From the NCBI GenBank assembly GCA_020184695.1, contig JAANOX010000113.1, positions 62,001 through 126,000 of the forward strand: a DNA stretch of 64,000 bases, written 5' to 3'. Each line of letters opens with the position of its first letter. Position 1 is the first letter of the stretch. The stretch is from Histomonas meleagridis 2922-C6/04-290x. Lineage: Eukaryota; Protista; Parabasalia. Shown in pieces: positions 10,620 through 21,629 of the stretch. A model generated the notes under the pieces. It was not told the origin of the DNA and made no database searches. It saw only the letters and a program-made list of their open reading frames with translations. A program made the position numbers and the translations under genes.

Positions 10620-12316
10620 AATATTAACATTTTTAAAATTAACATGAATAATGAATAAAATTGAAGGGGGTATTAATCTTCTATAATAATATAGCACATG
10701 AAGCAAATGAAAAGGCATTATCATTAATTTCTGTTAAATTTCTATTAAAAGACACTGACTTTAAATTAATACAATAAGAAAATGACTCATTATCGATTAT
10801 AGATATTTGCTTTGGAATTTTAAATTCTTTTAATGATATACATGAAAAAAATGCATATTTCCCAATTGTTTTCAAGTTACTTTCATCTGAAAAATTAACA
10901 GAAAATAAATTGTAACATGAAACAAATGCATAATCATCAATTAATTCAACTGAATTTGGAATGGAAATATTTTGCAATGAGTAACAATTACCAAATGCAT
11001 TTTCATTAATGTTAATTAAATTTTCATTTAGAATAACTGTTGTTACATTGAAACAGCTATAAAAAGAAAAAATATCTATTGTTTTAACTTGAGATGGTAT
11101 AAAAATATATAATAATGATGTACAGAAATAAAAAGACTAAATTCTGTTATTTTTCACATTTTCTCCTACTTCAATAGTTTTTAATTTATTACAATATTGA
11201 AATGTCTAATTCATTATAATTTTAACACTCTTTAAAATTTCAAAATTTTCACAATTTTTTCCTGGTGAATAAATAATAATTGAAGTTTTTTCTTTATTAT
11301 AAACAATTCCATCATCATTGTGATTCGAATAATACTGACTATTCTTTGATATAAAGATAGATAGATTTAAGATTTTGACATAATTCAAATGTTTTTTCAC
11401 AAATTTGAACTCTATCAGGAAGTGTAATTGTTTGTAATGATGAACATTTGCAAAAAGCACCTGATTCTATTCTTGTAACACTGTTTCCAATAATAATATC
11501 TTCTAAACTAAAACACGAGTTAAAAACATCACTCATGATATTTATTACTTTATTGGGGATTGTAATATTTTTTAAAGATATACATAACATAAATGCTCTT
11601 TCATTAATATCGACAACATTATCACCAATGTTTATTGTACTTAATTTATTACATGAATAAAATGCTTCAATTCCAATATATTTCACGGAATTGCTTATGT
11701 TAACAGATTCCAACCCAAACCATTCAGAAAATGAATAATCTGGAATGGTAGTGATATTACCTTCGATAACAACATTGATTACTTTATCATAATATATTTT
11801 TGTAAAATTTTCATTAAAAATAAAGTGTTCCCGTTGTTTCATCAAATTCAAGTCCATGAATTTGAAAAATGACTAATGTTAAACAAATTATGTCAACACC
11901 AAATTTATGTTCGGTTTTAACAATTTTTTGTAAGTTTCCTTTATTCATTTGAAATATATTAATATAAGAGATACAATATTCAAGATTGCTATGGTAGATA
12001 TACTTAAAATGTAATAACATAAATGATTCATGTTTGGCTTTTCTGAGATAATATGTTTTTCATGGGCGTGATCGAAAGGTGAATTGGATAAAACAGATAA
12101 TGGATTTTTAAATAAATGATTTTTGACGGAAAACAATTCAAAGTTCATTAATGAAACAAATTTTAAAGAAAATGGTTCATGTATTGATGGGTAATAATAT
12201 TTAAATGTATAATTTTTTTTGACTAGATAAATTTTACCATAATTTCCTTTATTTGGAATATATCCACACGTAACTGAAGAAGCAAAAAATGAAAATGCAT
12301 GGAGAATTGGAATCAT
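10620..12316 (-). pseudogene. Fragmented BspA-like (TpLRR/LRR_5) surface protein
   Basis: ORF pieces 11945-12346 (hydrophobic N-terminus, GYIP), 11339-11857, 11206-11460 and 10681-10977 carry L..I.IP..V..I...AF..C..L repeats in different frames, with stops. Confidence 0.75.
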
Positions 12317-12409
12317 TTTAATAAGAATATTATGTTTGTGAAGCAAAAAATTTCTTTAAAAAGTTAAAAAATCGAAAAATAAACTTCTAAATTTTTTTAC
12401 AATTTCAAA

Positions 12410-12432
12410 GGGTGGGCATCGGGGGGGGGGGG
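12410..12432 (+). other. G-rich island, potential G-quadruplex
   Basis: GGGTGGGCATC followed by 12 G in an otherwise very AT-rich intergenic region. Confidence 0.5.
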
Positions 12433-12572
12433 TGTAGTCAACGTTTTTTCACCAGCTCTTTTGGAATTTTCAATGTCCTTTGGTTATAGGATATGTTGTG
12501 CGAAAGCTCCTATTAGGCTTCTCAAGTATTCAAAATTTGAAAACCAACCAAAATATAAAATCGAACAAAAAT

Positions 12573-13967
12573 TTAATATGATGAATAATGCAGATATAAA
12601 TCCACATGCTTCAATAAAGATTCCGTATTTTTTTTCGTTGTATTTGCCAAATTCATTGCCTTTTCATACTGTACGAAAGTTGGATATTCCACATTAAAAC
12701 ACAACTTTTCCAATGACTTTTCGCATTCAGCCTGCACAAACTCGAACAAATTCAATCTTGTGCTTTCCGGCTGCAAATAGTACGCATAAGGATAACTCCA
12801 CATTAGTACCGATCTTGCTTCATCAATAGTTTCCAAGATAAATTGGATTTGTTGCTCCAAATTTTCGCTTTTTGTATCTAAACTTCTTTCGAAACTATTT
12901 TTCATTTTCTCTTTGAACGTTTCCATACTTTTCCTTTCTTCCTTCGATGCGTAATAATGGTTAAAATAATGTTTACAATAATGAGAAATTCGTTCGATGT
13001 CTTTTTTGGTGTCATTTGCTTCATCATTTTCACAGTCATTATCTTTCTTAATATATTGATTACATTGATACTTTTTCCCATTATGCGTCTTCCAATCATG
13101 GCCACATATCCAACAAAACTCATGCTGACAATTACTACATATCATATGATTACAGCCACCGTTCTTTTCTATGCGTAAATTACATTTGGGACATGATTTG
13201 GTGTTGGATGAAAGCCATAAAAATGTTTCGTTGCCAGCTGTCTTAAGCCATTCTTCAATCTTATTACAACTTAAGGGAGCATGCGCTTCATTACCACATA
13301 CCCAACAAATGCGGGCGCCGCATTTACATTTGGCAACATTACATAAACCAAGTGATTCGACACTAATTGATAATTGACAATTGGGATTAATACAGCGTTT
13401 AAATTCGTGTGACATACTAAGCGAAACAGATGCAAGTCGTTGTTGAACAATTAAGGCTTGATCAGGCCCACATAGCATCGTGATGTCACTAAGCATTAAC
13501 TGACGTCGACAACCTGTTCCCATACAAAAGATTTGGGATGAGCCATCTTTGATTTTTTGAAGACAGTGAACCTTCCAACAATCAAAACAAAAGTAATGAT
13601 TGCATGGAAGTGATAACATCTGATCTGATTTAACAATGTTATAACATATTTGACATTCCTGATCTTCGGTACCTTGATATTTGTGAAGACATTGCTCACT
13701 GTTAAAATCGCTTTCTTCAAAATTTAAAGATTTTAAAAATCCTTCTTTATCTGATGACAATAAATCCAGAGCTTTTTCATAATTCCAATTAAGATTAGCT
13801 AAACAAAGATAACCAACATCTTCATGTATATTAAATATTGAAGAAAGTGATTTAGAATTTTTTTGAATTTGCTCAAAAAAATTATCATCAGTAATACATG
13901 ATTTGTTTTCAACAGATTCTGTTTCTGATGGTAGAAAATCATAAAAATCTAAATCATCACTCATCAT
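12573..13967 (-). CDS. Ariadne-family RBR (RING1-IBR-RING2) E3 ubiquitin ligase
   Basis: CQIC…CNHYFCFDCW (RING1), KRCINPNC…CKCGARICWVCGNEAHAPLSC (IBR), TKSCPKC…IEKNGGCNHMICSNCQHEFCWIC (RING2), Ariadne C-terminal domain. First ATG at 13967. Confidence 0.93.
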   Translation of the reverse strand: MMSDDLDFYDFLPSETESVENKSCITDDNFFEQIQKNSKSLSSIFNIHEDVGYLCLANLNWNYEKALDLLSSDKEGFLKSLNFEESDFNSEQCLHKYQGTEDQECQICYNIVKSDQMLSLPCNHYFCFDCWKVHCLQKIKDGSSQIFCMGTGCRRQLMLSDITMLCGPDQALIVQQRLASVSLSMSHEFKRCINPNCQLSISVESLGLCNVAKCKCGARICWVCGNEAHAPLSCNKIEEWLKTAGNETFLWLSSNTKSCPKCNLRIEKNGGCNHMICSNCQHEFCWICGHDWKTHNGKKYQCNQYIKKDNDCENDEANDTKKDIERISHYCKHYFNHYYASKEERKSMETFKEKMKNSFERSLDTKSENLEQQIQFILETIDEARSVLMWSYPYAYYLQPESTRLNLFEFVQAECEKSLEKLCFNVEYPTFVQYEKAMNLANTTKKNTESLLKHVDLYLHYSSY

Positions 13968-14392
13968 GTTGGGGCTCACTATCTAAACGGTCGCAAATAA
14001 AGCAAAAAATAATAAAATGTTCCTTCTACTAAAAACCTTAAGGTTAAATAAATCTTAAAACACTGGAACTGAAATTAACAAATTTGCAAATGCAAAAAAT
14101 TTTGTTTATTAAATCAAATCGATGAGTCAAAATTAAAGTATAAATAATGACGTAAACATTAAACTTATTTTATTTTTTTTTATTTTAGTTTAGTACTAAT
14201 ACTGTAAGACCTGAATAGGCTTATTAATAATTGGTATTAATTCTTTTAAATGTTAAAATTTATAATAAATGGTTAAACTTGTTTGACCTGCCTAAGTGAA
14301 CATTAGTATTCGGAATTTAATGAAATAGTAGTGCTTTGGTACTGCATGAAGTTTGGTTCTTAGCGTGTTTTCACATGACATTTCATATAACC

Positions 14393-15079
14393 ATGAAACA
14401 CACTAAGAAACAAATAGAACCAGTTGAAGTTGATGGATTTAGGATCTACCCGGCGCTATGTGGTTCCTGCCCATTAGGATATCTTCCTTGGGTGAACCAA
14501 ATTTGCAGAATTCAACCATGGCTAGTCGAGGTTGATCTTTGCTTTATCACAAGTCCAAAAATAGTAAATGCAATTGTAGGTGATAAAATGCTTTTCAAAG
14601 CAGCAATGGAAATAATTACAGATAGACATAATAATAAAAATTTTTGGGATATTAAAAATCCTAACTTCTTAGAAAACTTAAGAACAATTAATCTCGAAGC
14701 TATTCGGATTTATAGTCTCATACATGCAAAATTTATTGTTACCAACAAAGGATTAAAACTTATGAAAAAGAAAATTAATTCAGGTATTTATGGAAAATGT
14801 CCAAGATTTTTATGCAAAGGAAATAACTTAATACCATTTGGCAAGTCTTCAGAACCAGAACAAAATCAAGTTGAACTTTATTGCACAAGTTGCAATGATG
14901 GATACAGATGCGAAGATAAGAAAGGCTCGAAACTTGATGGCTCATTTTTCGGTCCAAAGTTCCCTAAAGCCTATATAAGGAAGTACCGTACACAAAAACA
15001 AAATTCTTGCGAGAACATCAAACCGACAATTTATGGATTTAGGCTTTATATCAAAAAAGATGAATACTTTGTTCATTAA
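14393..15079 (+). CDS. Casein kinase II regulatory (beta) subunit-like
   Basis: YSLIHAKFIVTNKGL…GIYGKCPRFLC…VELYCTSCNDGY…LDGSFFGPKFP. Probable ATG at 14393. Confidence 0.88.
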   Translation: MKHTKKQIEPVEVDGFRIYPALCGSCPLGYLPWVNQICRIQPWLVEVDLCFITSPKIVNAIVGDKMLFKAAMEIITDRHNNKNFWDIKNPNFLENLRTINLEAIRIYSLIHAKFIVTNKGLKLMKKKINSGIYGKCPRFLCKGNNLIPFGKSSEPEQNQVELYCTSCNDGYRCEDKKGSKLDGSFFGPKFPKAYIRKYRTQKQNSCENIKPTIYGFRLYIKKDEYFVH

Positions 15080-15369
15080 TCAAACGAATGTGTTGTGAGT
15101 AAATACAATAATATCGTATATAAAATGATTTTTGTATATATTAATTTGCATTGCCCACTAATTAATATTTAAATAAATTATAAGTAAATTTGCTTGGATG
15201 GAATAAACTAACAAATTATTGTTGTAAACATTTGATTATGTAGGATTTCATTATGTGTTCAAATACTTTAATATGGAATATTCAATCCAAGAATTGGAAT
15301 TTAATGTTTGTTAAAGAGAATATATAAAATGAAAAATTTCATGTAGAAGTTACTAAATTTGAATTATAA

Positions 15370-15850
15370 TCTTCTAACGAAGAGCATTCATGAAGTGCTG
15401 AAGCACCAATTGATTCTACTTTTTCTCCTATAGTAACTTTTTTAGGATGGTGCAACATATAAATGCATAATCACCTATTGAAGTAGTTGAATCCAGTATA
15501 TGATAGATTTTAATGAGGCACAATTACAGGATGAAGAATTTCCTATTGATTTTATGTTTTTTCCTAAGGGAATAGTTTGTAATTCTTCGCAAAAAATCAA
15601 ATGAATTTTGATTGAAATCATTGAGTATTATATAATAATATTTGCTAAAAATAGGCATTCACTAAATACTGTTCAATTTCTTTAATATCATTAATTTCAA
15701 GGCACAATGTTACTTTTACATGTATCTCTATTTTTAAAATCATTTGAACTTACAAAAGGTGCTTGAGTTGATGAATCATATGGTTCATGAGTTTGCATGA
15801 AATAAAATAATAAACAAAAGAGTAAAATAGGGTTTTCTTTTTTATATTGT
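15370..15850 (-). pseudogene. BspA-like LRR remnant
   Basis: Frameshifted pieces read ELQTIPLGKNIKSIGNSSSCNCASLK and STTSIGDYAFICCTILKKVTIGEKVESIGASALHECSSLE. Confidence 0.55.
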
Positions 15851-16652
15851 ATTTTTCTGAATAGTTGATTTTACTGTAAAAAAAAAAAATAAATATAATA
15901 ACATGCTTAAATTTATCTGGGTTCGTGTATGAATTAGCACCAAATTTATGTTATCACAATTGAAATTTTTAGTGGGTATAAAATAAAAATAAAACAATAA
16001 GAGAAGGAACACTCATTGGGAAAAGATTCGAGAGCTGCTAATTAGCAAAAAATCGATCAACTTTTGAATAAGATCCAATTAATTCCAAAACAGTGAAAAG
16101 TTAACTTTCAAGAAATTAAAACAACATTTTTTGTGCAAAAGATCATAAATAATCAGGACATGTCGAAGTGCCTCAATTGGAAAAATAACACTAGATATCG
16201 AACAGGTGAGAATTTTGATTTCTTAATTTTTGATATGATACTTCCCCAAATGGATTTCCCAAACCAATGCTATAAATAATAAATAAAATCAATCACATGT
16301 AGTGTTTTATAAAAAAATAAAGATAGAACAAGTTAGTGAATGGTTTGGCACTATATCTAAACGGCTTTACAAAAGGTCAAAGTCCGCTGATCTGCAAGAC
16401 CAACCAATCTATAACAACTAAGAATTGATTCACTTAACCATATAGGAATTTAATTTGAATCATGGCTAAAGCACAATAAAACAAAACGTAAATTAAATTT
16501 CATTACTAATTAGTGCAAAAATGAAGAATTGATAGAATTATATCATTACCAGCAATACAGCATAATCTTTTTATCACAAGAAAGCCATGACTTTGCTTAA
16601 AACAAAAAAAATCACAAATAAAATAGCACTATTTAAAAAAAACACGAACAAA

Positions 16653-17474
16653 TTAATTAGCAGCTCTTGCGCTTAATAGCTTCTGAAAGTCATTCCTGCT
16701 TTGTTCCAGAGAAGGGCAAATTGTCTGTGGGTGATTAGCATTCTGTCTAAACGAAGAAAATGGTTCAAAAGCAATCGGCGCCAACTGAATTATCTTAGAT
16801 TGAACGTTACCAATGAACGGGGACGAGCAAGCTTCTGTTTGTTCATATTGGGAAATGTTCACCACCTCTATTTCAGGTGTTGGAATCACATTTGCCTTTG
16901 GTTTTCTTCCTCTTTTTTGTACTAGTGGTTCACCATTTTGCATTCTTTCTATCCTTTTCCTTAAGGTACTGTTCCATCTGTTCTTAATACAGTTGTCTGT
17001 TCGCCCTGGGAAGAAACGTGTGATCTTTGTCCACTGGTTGCCGAGTTTGTTGTGGCACTCGATGAGTCTTTCGTCTTCTTCTTGTGTCCATGGCGTACGC
17101 TTAACACTTGAGTCTAAATGATTCTTAAAGCGTTCTCTGCATTGTTTTCCTGTCCTTCCATTAAGGAGGAGAGCAAGTTTTGCCCAATCTTTGACTCCAT
17201 TTTTTTGTACAAAATTTAATATGATCTCATCTTCTTCCCGTTTCCAAGATCCTTTTACAAGCTGTGGATTTAAGACTTTCTCCCATCTCCCCGATATTTG
17301 TGGGGCTGTTTTGTTAGGGAAATATTTAGCTAAGACGCTCCATGAATTTGTCTGGTTGTTTGTCATTAATCTAGTTAATAATTCGTCTTCTTCTTGAGTC
17401 CAAATAGTCTTCTTTGATGATGAATAAACTTGTTGTTTTCTATTTCTTGTTGGGGCGAGAGCTGCTAATTCCAT
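16653..17474 (-). CDS. R1R2R3 Myb transcription factor
   Basis: Three Myb repeats: WTQEEDELL…QISGRWEKVLNP, GSWKREEDE…RTGKQCRERFKNHLD, PWTQEEDERL…GRTDNCIKNRWNSTLRKR. Confidence 0.93.
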   Translation of the reverse strand: MELAALAPTRNRKQQVYSSSKKTIWTQEEDELLTRLMTNNQTNSWSVLAKYFPNKTAPQISGRWEKVLNPQLVKGSWKREEDEIILNFVQKNGVKDWAKLALLLNGRTGKQCRERFKNHLDSSVKRTPWTQEEDERLIECHNKLGNQWTKITRFFPGRTDNCIKNRWNSTLRKRIERMQNGEPLVQKRGRKPKANVIPTPEIEVVNISQYEQTEACSSPFIGNVQSKIIQLAPIAFEPFSSFRQNANHPQTICPSLEQSRNDFQKLLSARAAN

Positions 17475-17691
17475 AAATGAAATAATAATTGGACGTTAAG
17501 ATTGGACACGTTAAAAACCCCGCGCCCTGAAATAAATGAATAGTTTACAAATTATTAAAATTTTAGAAAAAACGAAATGAAATTTTTTTGGAGTTTTTAC
17601 ATAGTAAAAAATATTTATTTTCATTTATGCTCATGATACATAATAGCTAAATACAAAGAAAAAATGTAGAGTATAAAAATTTGTAAATTTT

Positions 17692-18324
17692 TTAATTAAG
17701 GAAATCATTATCATCTTCTGGAAGTGGAATAGCTTCTGCTTGTTGAAGTTCAGCTTCATATTGTGCAGCAAGATTTGGATCCATTTCAACTTCTGGTGGC
17801 ATCAAAACAGTTGCTGTTGTGAATTGAAGATTTGGATCACCTGATAATGAACGAGCCAATGAAAGGAATGGAAGTTCAAAGTGGTAGTTACTTTTAGCTG
17901 AGATTTCGAAGTACCTCATGTTGTTCTTCTTATGGAAAATAACACGTTTGGCTTGAACTTTCCTATCACGAACATCAATTTTGTTACCTACAAGAACAAT
18001 TGGAATATTTGGACAAACGCGAACAAGATCACGGTGCCATGTTGGAACATTACGATATGTTGTTGGTGATGTAACATCAAACATGATGATGGCGCAATTT
18101 GCTTCAAGGTAATAACCTTCACGAAGACCACCAAAACGTTCTTGACCTGCTGTATCCCAAATATTATATGTTAAAACGCCGTGTGTAGTTTGGAATGAAA
18201 GTTGAGATACTTGAACACCTAATGTTGGAATGTACTTCTTTTCAAATTCACCTGTTTGATGACGCTTGACAAAGGTTGTTTTACCAACACCACCATCTCC
18301 TACAAGAACAAGTTTTGCCTGCAT
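17692..18324 (-). CDS. RAN: GTP-binding nuclear protein Ran
   Basis: [64 protein letters not shown], acidic tail PEDDNDF. Confidence 0.97.
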   Translation of the reverse strand: MQAKLVLVGDGGVGKTTFVKRHQTGEFEKKYIPTLGVQVSQLSFQTTHGVLTYNIWDTAGQERFGGLREGYYLEANCAIIMFDVTSPTTYRNVPTWHRDLVRVCPNIPIVLVGNKIDVRDRKVQAKRVIFHKKNNMRYFEISAKSNYHFELPFLSLARSLSGDPNLQFTTATVLMPPEVEMDPNLAAQYEAELQQAEAIPLPEDDNDFLN

Positions 18325-19207
18325 TAAAATAAAATGGGTTGACCATGGCAAAACCGCTCTTAACGGGAGGTTTCTCAATTGAATTTTTCTTCATTGATGA
18401 ACTTTATTTTTGCTCTTTTCGTAAAGTATTCAAAAAAGAAATGTAATATGAAATCCCCATCCATAATTTGAATGAAAATCTTGTTTGATGTCTGATTTTG
18501 ATTAAGCACATAGAATTTCTGAATACTTTACAGTACAGAACATGTCACTTAGTTACCTGATGCCATACAAAAAGTTATTAATATTCAATTATTTATTTTA
18601 ATTTTTTTAACAAAATCTTGGCATAGAAATTCATCTAAAATTTTCGATAATTTCACGAGAAAAAATGTTTTTATAAAATTAAATATTGATTTGTCTTTTC
18701 TATCTATATGTATTTCGATTTATATAATTGCCTTCGGTAATATTTGATATATTTGGAAATATCCCATTCCTCAATTTAAAACAAAATCCCACTAAATTCA
18801 ACATTTCCAAAAAACAATATGTAATTTTAAACTCATAAAATATTTTGTAGATATTAAACTGAAGTTCTCTGATAAATAAAATTCTTGAATTGAGTTTTAA
18901 ACGGTCCAAAGCATATGTTTTTGATGTGATTTCATTCAATAATGTTATCTAAAACAATACATTCTAATGTTACAAAATATATAATATTTAAATCATTTGA
19001 TTTTTTAAATGTACATCATATATAATTATATATATAATTTTTCCAGATCTGATATCTTCAATCATTGAAGATTTTAAGTTCGAAGAATGAATTCTTCAAA
19101 AAAGACATTTTTCTTTCAAGAGAAATGATGAGTTAAATGAGTTTTTATTTCGAGTGAAGGAGCAGATACATACAAATTGTCCAAAATTCGGATCATAAAA
19201 AGTACGC

Positions 19208-19300
19208 GGGTGAAGTTTATTTTGAATGCGTTTTGATCGGGGTGAAGCTTCACCGACGGTTATCAATTCAAACCCTGCCGGGAATAAAAACAATTCACTT
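19208..19300 (+). promoter_or_regulatory. GC-rich upstream region of nrdJ with a palindrome, a direct repeat and an Inr-like TCACTTT
   Basis: GGGTGAAG at 19208 and 19240; perfect 14-bp palindrome GGTGAAGCTTCACC at 19241-19254; TCACTTT about 10 nt before the ATG. Confidence 0.4.
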
Positions 19301-19305
19301 TGGGA

Positions 19306-21150
19306 ATGGCTTGCATTAAAGAAGAGAAAGAAATAGAAGGAATCAAGACTAAACTCGATTTTTCATCAAACGCAATGAAAGTTTTGAAGTCACGTTATCT
19401 CCAGCTCGACGATGACAATAACATTATTGAAACTCCAGAAGAAATGTTTTCTCGAGTTGGTAACAATCTTGCATCGATTGAGGAGGACTCAGAAAAATGG
19501 GGGAAAATATTCACAGATGTAATGATGAATTTTGAATTTATTCCAGCTGGGAGAACACTTGCAAATGCAGGTTCTACAACTCCTCTGGTTTCAAACTGCG
19601 TCGTGCTTCATATGGAAGACTCTCTTGATAGTATATTCGAAACTCTCAAAGAAGCAACTCTCCTTCAACAAGCAGGATCAGGAATTGGATTCCCATTTCA
19701 TCTTCTTCGCCCCGCGGGGTTCAAGTGCAAGCGTACTCTTGGCGTTTCGAGTGGTCCATTATCTTTTCTCAGAATATTTTCTGAAGCATTCCAGATTATT
19801 CAACAGCATGGGCGTAGAGGAGCCAACATGGCAGTTATGAGCATTGAACATCCGGATGTTTTGGAGTTTATAGAAGCAAAAGCTAAAGATGGTACATTTG
19901 AAAATTTCAATTTTTCCGTCAGCCTCACCAACGAATTTATGGAGAAAGTTATTAACAATGACCCTTCTCCATGGCTTTGTAAATGGAATGGCGAAGAATA
20001 CAAGCCAAGATATATTACTCGTGATTCCGCTGGCCGTGTAATTGACATCACAGAGGTCGATATTTCTGCTCCAGAGCTTATGAATGAGATCATCCATAGT
20101 GCCTGGCGTAATGGAGAACCAGGTTGTGTATTTATTGATAATGTCAATAAGTATAATCCTCTTCCAGGCCTTGGACCCATTGAATGTTGTAATCCATGTG
20201 GCGAACAATTTCTTCATTCAGGTGATGCATGTAATCTTGGCTCCATCAATCTTGAGAAATTTGTAAATTCGAATGGAACACTTAAAAAAGAAAGACTTGC
20301 CGAAGTAACTCGTATTGCCGTCCGTATGCTTGACAATGTCGTTGACCTTACCCAGTTTCCTGTTGAACGCGTAAACGAAATGTTCAAGAATAACCGCCGT
20401 ATCGGCCTCGGAATTATGGGGCTTGCTGACATGCTGTTTCTGATGAAGTTACCGTATAATTCCGATGAAGGAATGGAAACAGCATCGGAGGTGATGAAAA
20501 TAATACAAGAAACAGCTATTGATGAATCGGTGAAGATTGGTGAAGAAAAAGGAAACTTTCCAAACTTCGAAAAAAGTGTTTGGAAAGAGAAATATAAAAC
20601 AATGAGAAACGCATCGCTAACAAATATTGCGCCAACAGGATCAACTGCTATGTTAATGGATGTATCATCAGGTGTTGAACCATATTTCGCTTTGGCTTAT
20701 AGAAGAGGAAGTTGTCTCGCAGGAAAGATGAAGCCATTCGTGAATAAGCATTTGAAGAAAGCGTTAAAGGAATGCGGATGTTATTCTGATGAAGTAATGG
20801 AAAAAGTATTGGAAACAGGAACATTGAAAAACGCAAGTTCTGTGCCAGAAGAGATTCGAAAAGTGTTTGTAACTTCATTGGATATTGAACCGAAAGATCA
20901 TATTAAGATACAAAGCACGATGCAGAAATATTGTTGTAACGCAATTTCTAAAACAATCAACTTTAAGAACGACGCAACAGAAGAGATGGTTAAAGAGGGA
21001 TTCATAGAAGGTTGGAAGAATGGATGTAAAGGTTTGACAGTTTACAGAAATGGGTCAAGACAATATCAAGTGCTTGAAGTCAACGGAAAAAAAGATGAAC
21101 CTGTTAAGACTTTTGTTGATGGCTGTAAAGATGGGAAATGTGACATATAA
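19306..21150 (+). CDS. nrdJ: Class II (adenosylcobalamin-dependent) ribonucleotide reductase
   Basis: FIPAGRTLANAG, NC, GRRGANM, GEPG, NPCGEQ (thiyl Cys), ACNLGSINL, IAPTGS, SSGVEP, ISKTIN, KGLTVYRNGSR, C-terminal CKDGKC pair. No class I C-terminal tyrosine pair is evident. Confidence 0.9.
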   Translation: MACIKEEKEIEGIKTKLDFSSNAMKVLKSRYLQLDDDNNIIETPEEMFSRVGNNLASIEEDSEKWGKIFTDVMMNFEFIPAGRTLANAGSTTPLVSNCVVLHMEDSLDSIFETLKEATLLQQAGSGIGFPFHLLRPAGFKCKRTLGVSSGPLSFLRIFSEAFQIIQQHGRRGANMAVMSIEHPDVLEFIEAKAKDGTFENFNFSVSLTNEFMEKVINNDPSPWLCKWNGEEYKPRYITRDSAGRVIDITEVDISAPELMNEIIHSAWRNGEPGCVFIDNVNKYNPLPGLGPIECCNPCGEQFLHSGDACNLGSINLEKFVNSNGTLKKERLAEVTRIAVRMLDNVVDLTQFPVERVNEMFKNNRRIGLGIMGLADMLFLMKLPYNSDEGMETASEVMKIIQETAIDESVKIGEEKGNFPNFEKSVWKEKYKTMRNASLTNIAPTGSTAMLMDVSSGVEPYFALAYRRGSCLAGKMKPFVNKHLKKALKECGCYSDEVMEKVLETGTLKNASSVPEEIRKVFVTSLDIEPKDHIKIQSTMQKYCCNAISKTINFKNDATEEMVKEGFIEGWKNGCKGLTVYRNGSRQYQVLEVNGKKDEPVKTFVDGCKDGKCDI

Positions 21151-21259
21151 AAAGAAGGTTCGTTTCACGTAACATGTCCAAATTTTTGTGATAAAACGTA
21201 AACTTTAGAAATTTAAATACTGGCACTTTTTAGTTTACATCAAAGACAAATTTTGGAAA

Positions 21260-21511
21260 ATGTCATCACAGAAAACTCTTCCTGCTGGAGTTGAATATGA
21301 CACAGCACGTGGAAGAGGAAACTTTGACGAAGGACACTTGAATGAGTACAAAGAAAGGAAGAAAAATAAAAATATTTCAAAATCTAAGAATATTAACTTG
21401 CAGTCACAAAGATCAAAATCTAAACCAACCTACAAATCATCAAATCATTTTACATCAAGTCCGCTTTCTAACAAATTTTTTTATTCTAATACCAAAGATG
21501 TCCAAAAATAA
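21260..21511 (+). CDS. Small basic hypothetical protein
   Basis: 83-aa ATG ORF with coding-like composition (EYDTARGRGNFDEGHL). Confidence 0.45.
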   Translation: MSSQKTLPAGVEYDTARGRGNFDEGHLNEYKERKKNKNISKSKNINLQSQRSKSKPTYKSSNHFTSSPLSNKFFYSNTKDVQK

Positions 21512-21629
21512 CACAGCCTATTTTTTGTATTATTATTAGTAAATTCTCTTATTCTTTTGTTTTCTTATTTTTGCTCATAATTTTAAACTTTTTTATTTTG
21601 ATACATTTCTATCATAGTTTATTAAAACA

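Noticed and set aside
18700-18939. 79-aa ORF between Ran and nrdJ
   Set aside because: Non-ATG start, AT-rich composition and no recognisable motif.
19180-19300. Cobalamin riboswitch upstream of nrdJ
   Set aside because: Only a CCTGCC-like end is present, core motifs (GGGAA…CCCGCAACTGT) are not found in order, and the region lies upstream of the probable Inr. Kept only as a low-interest promoter note.
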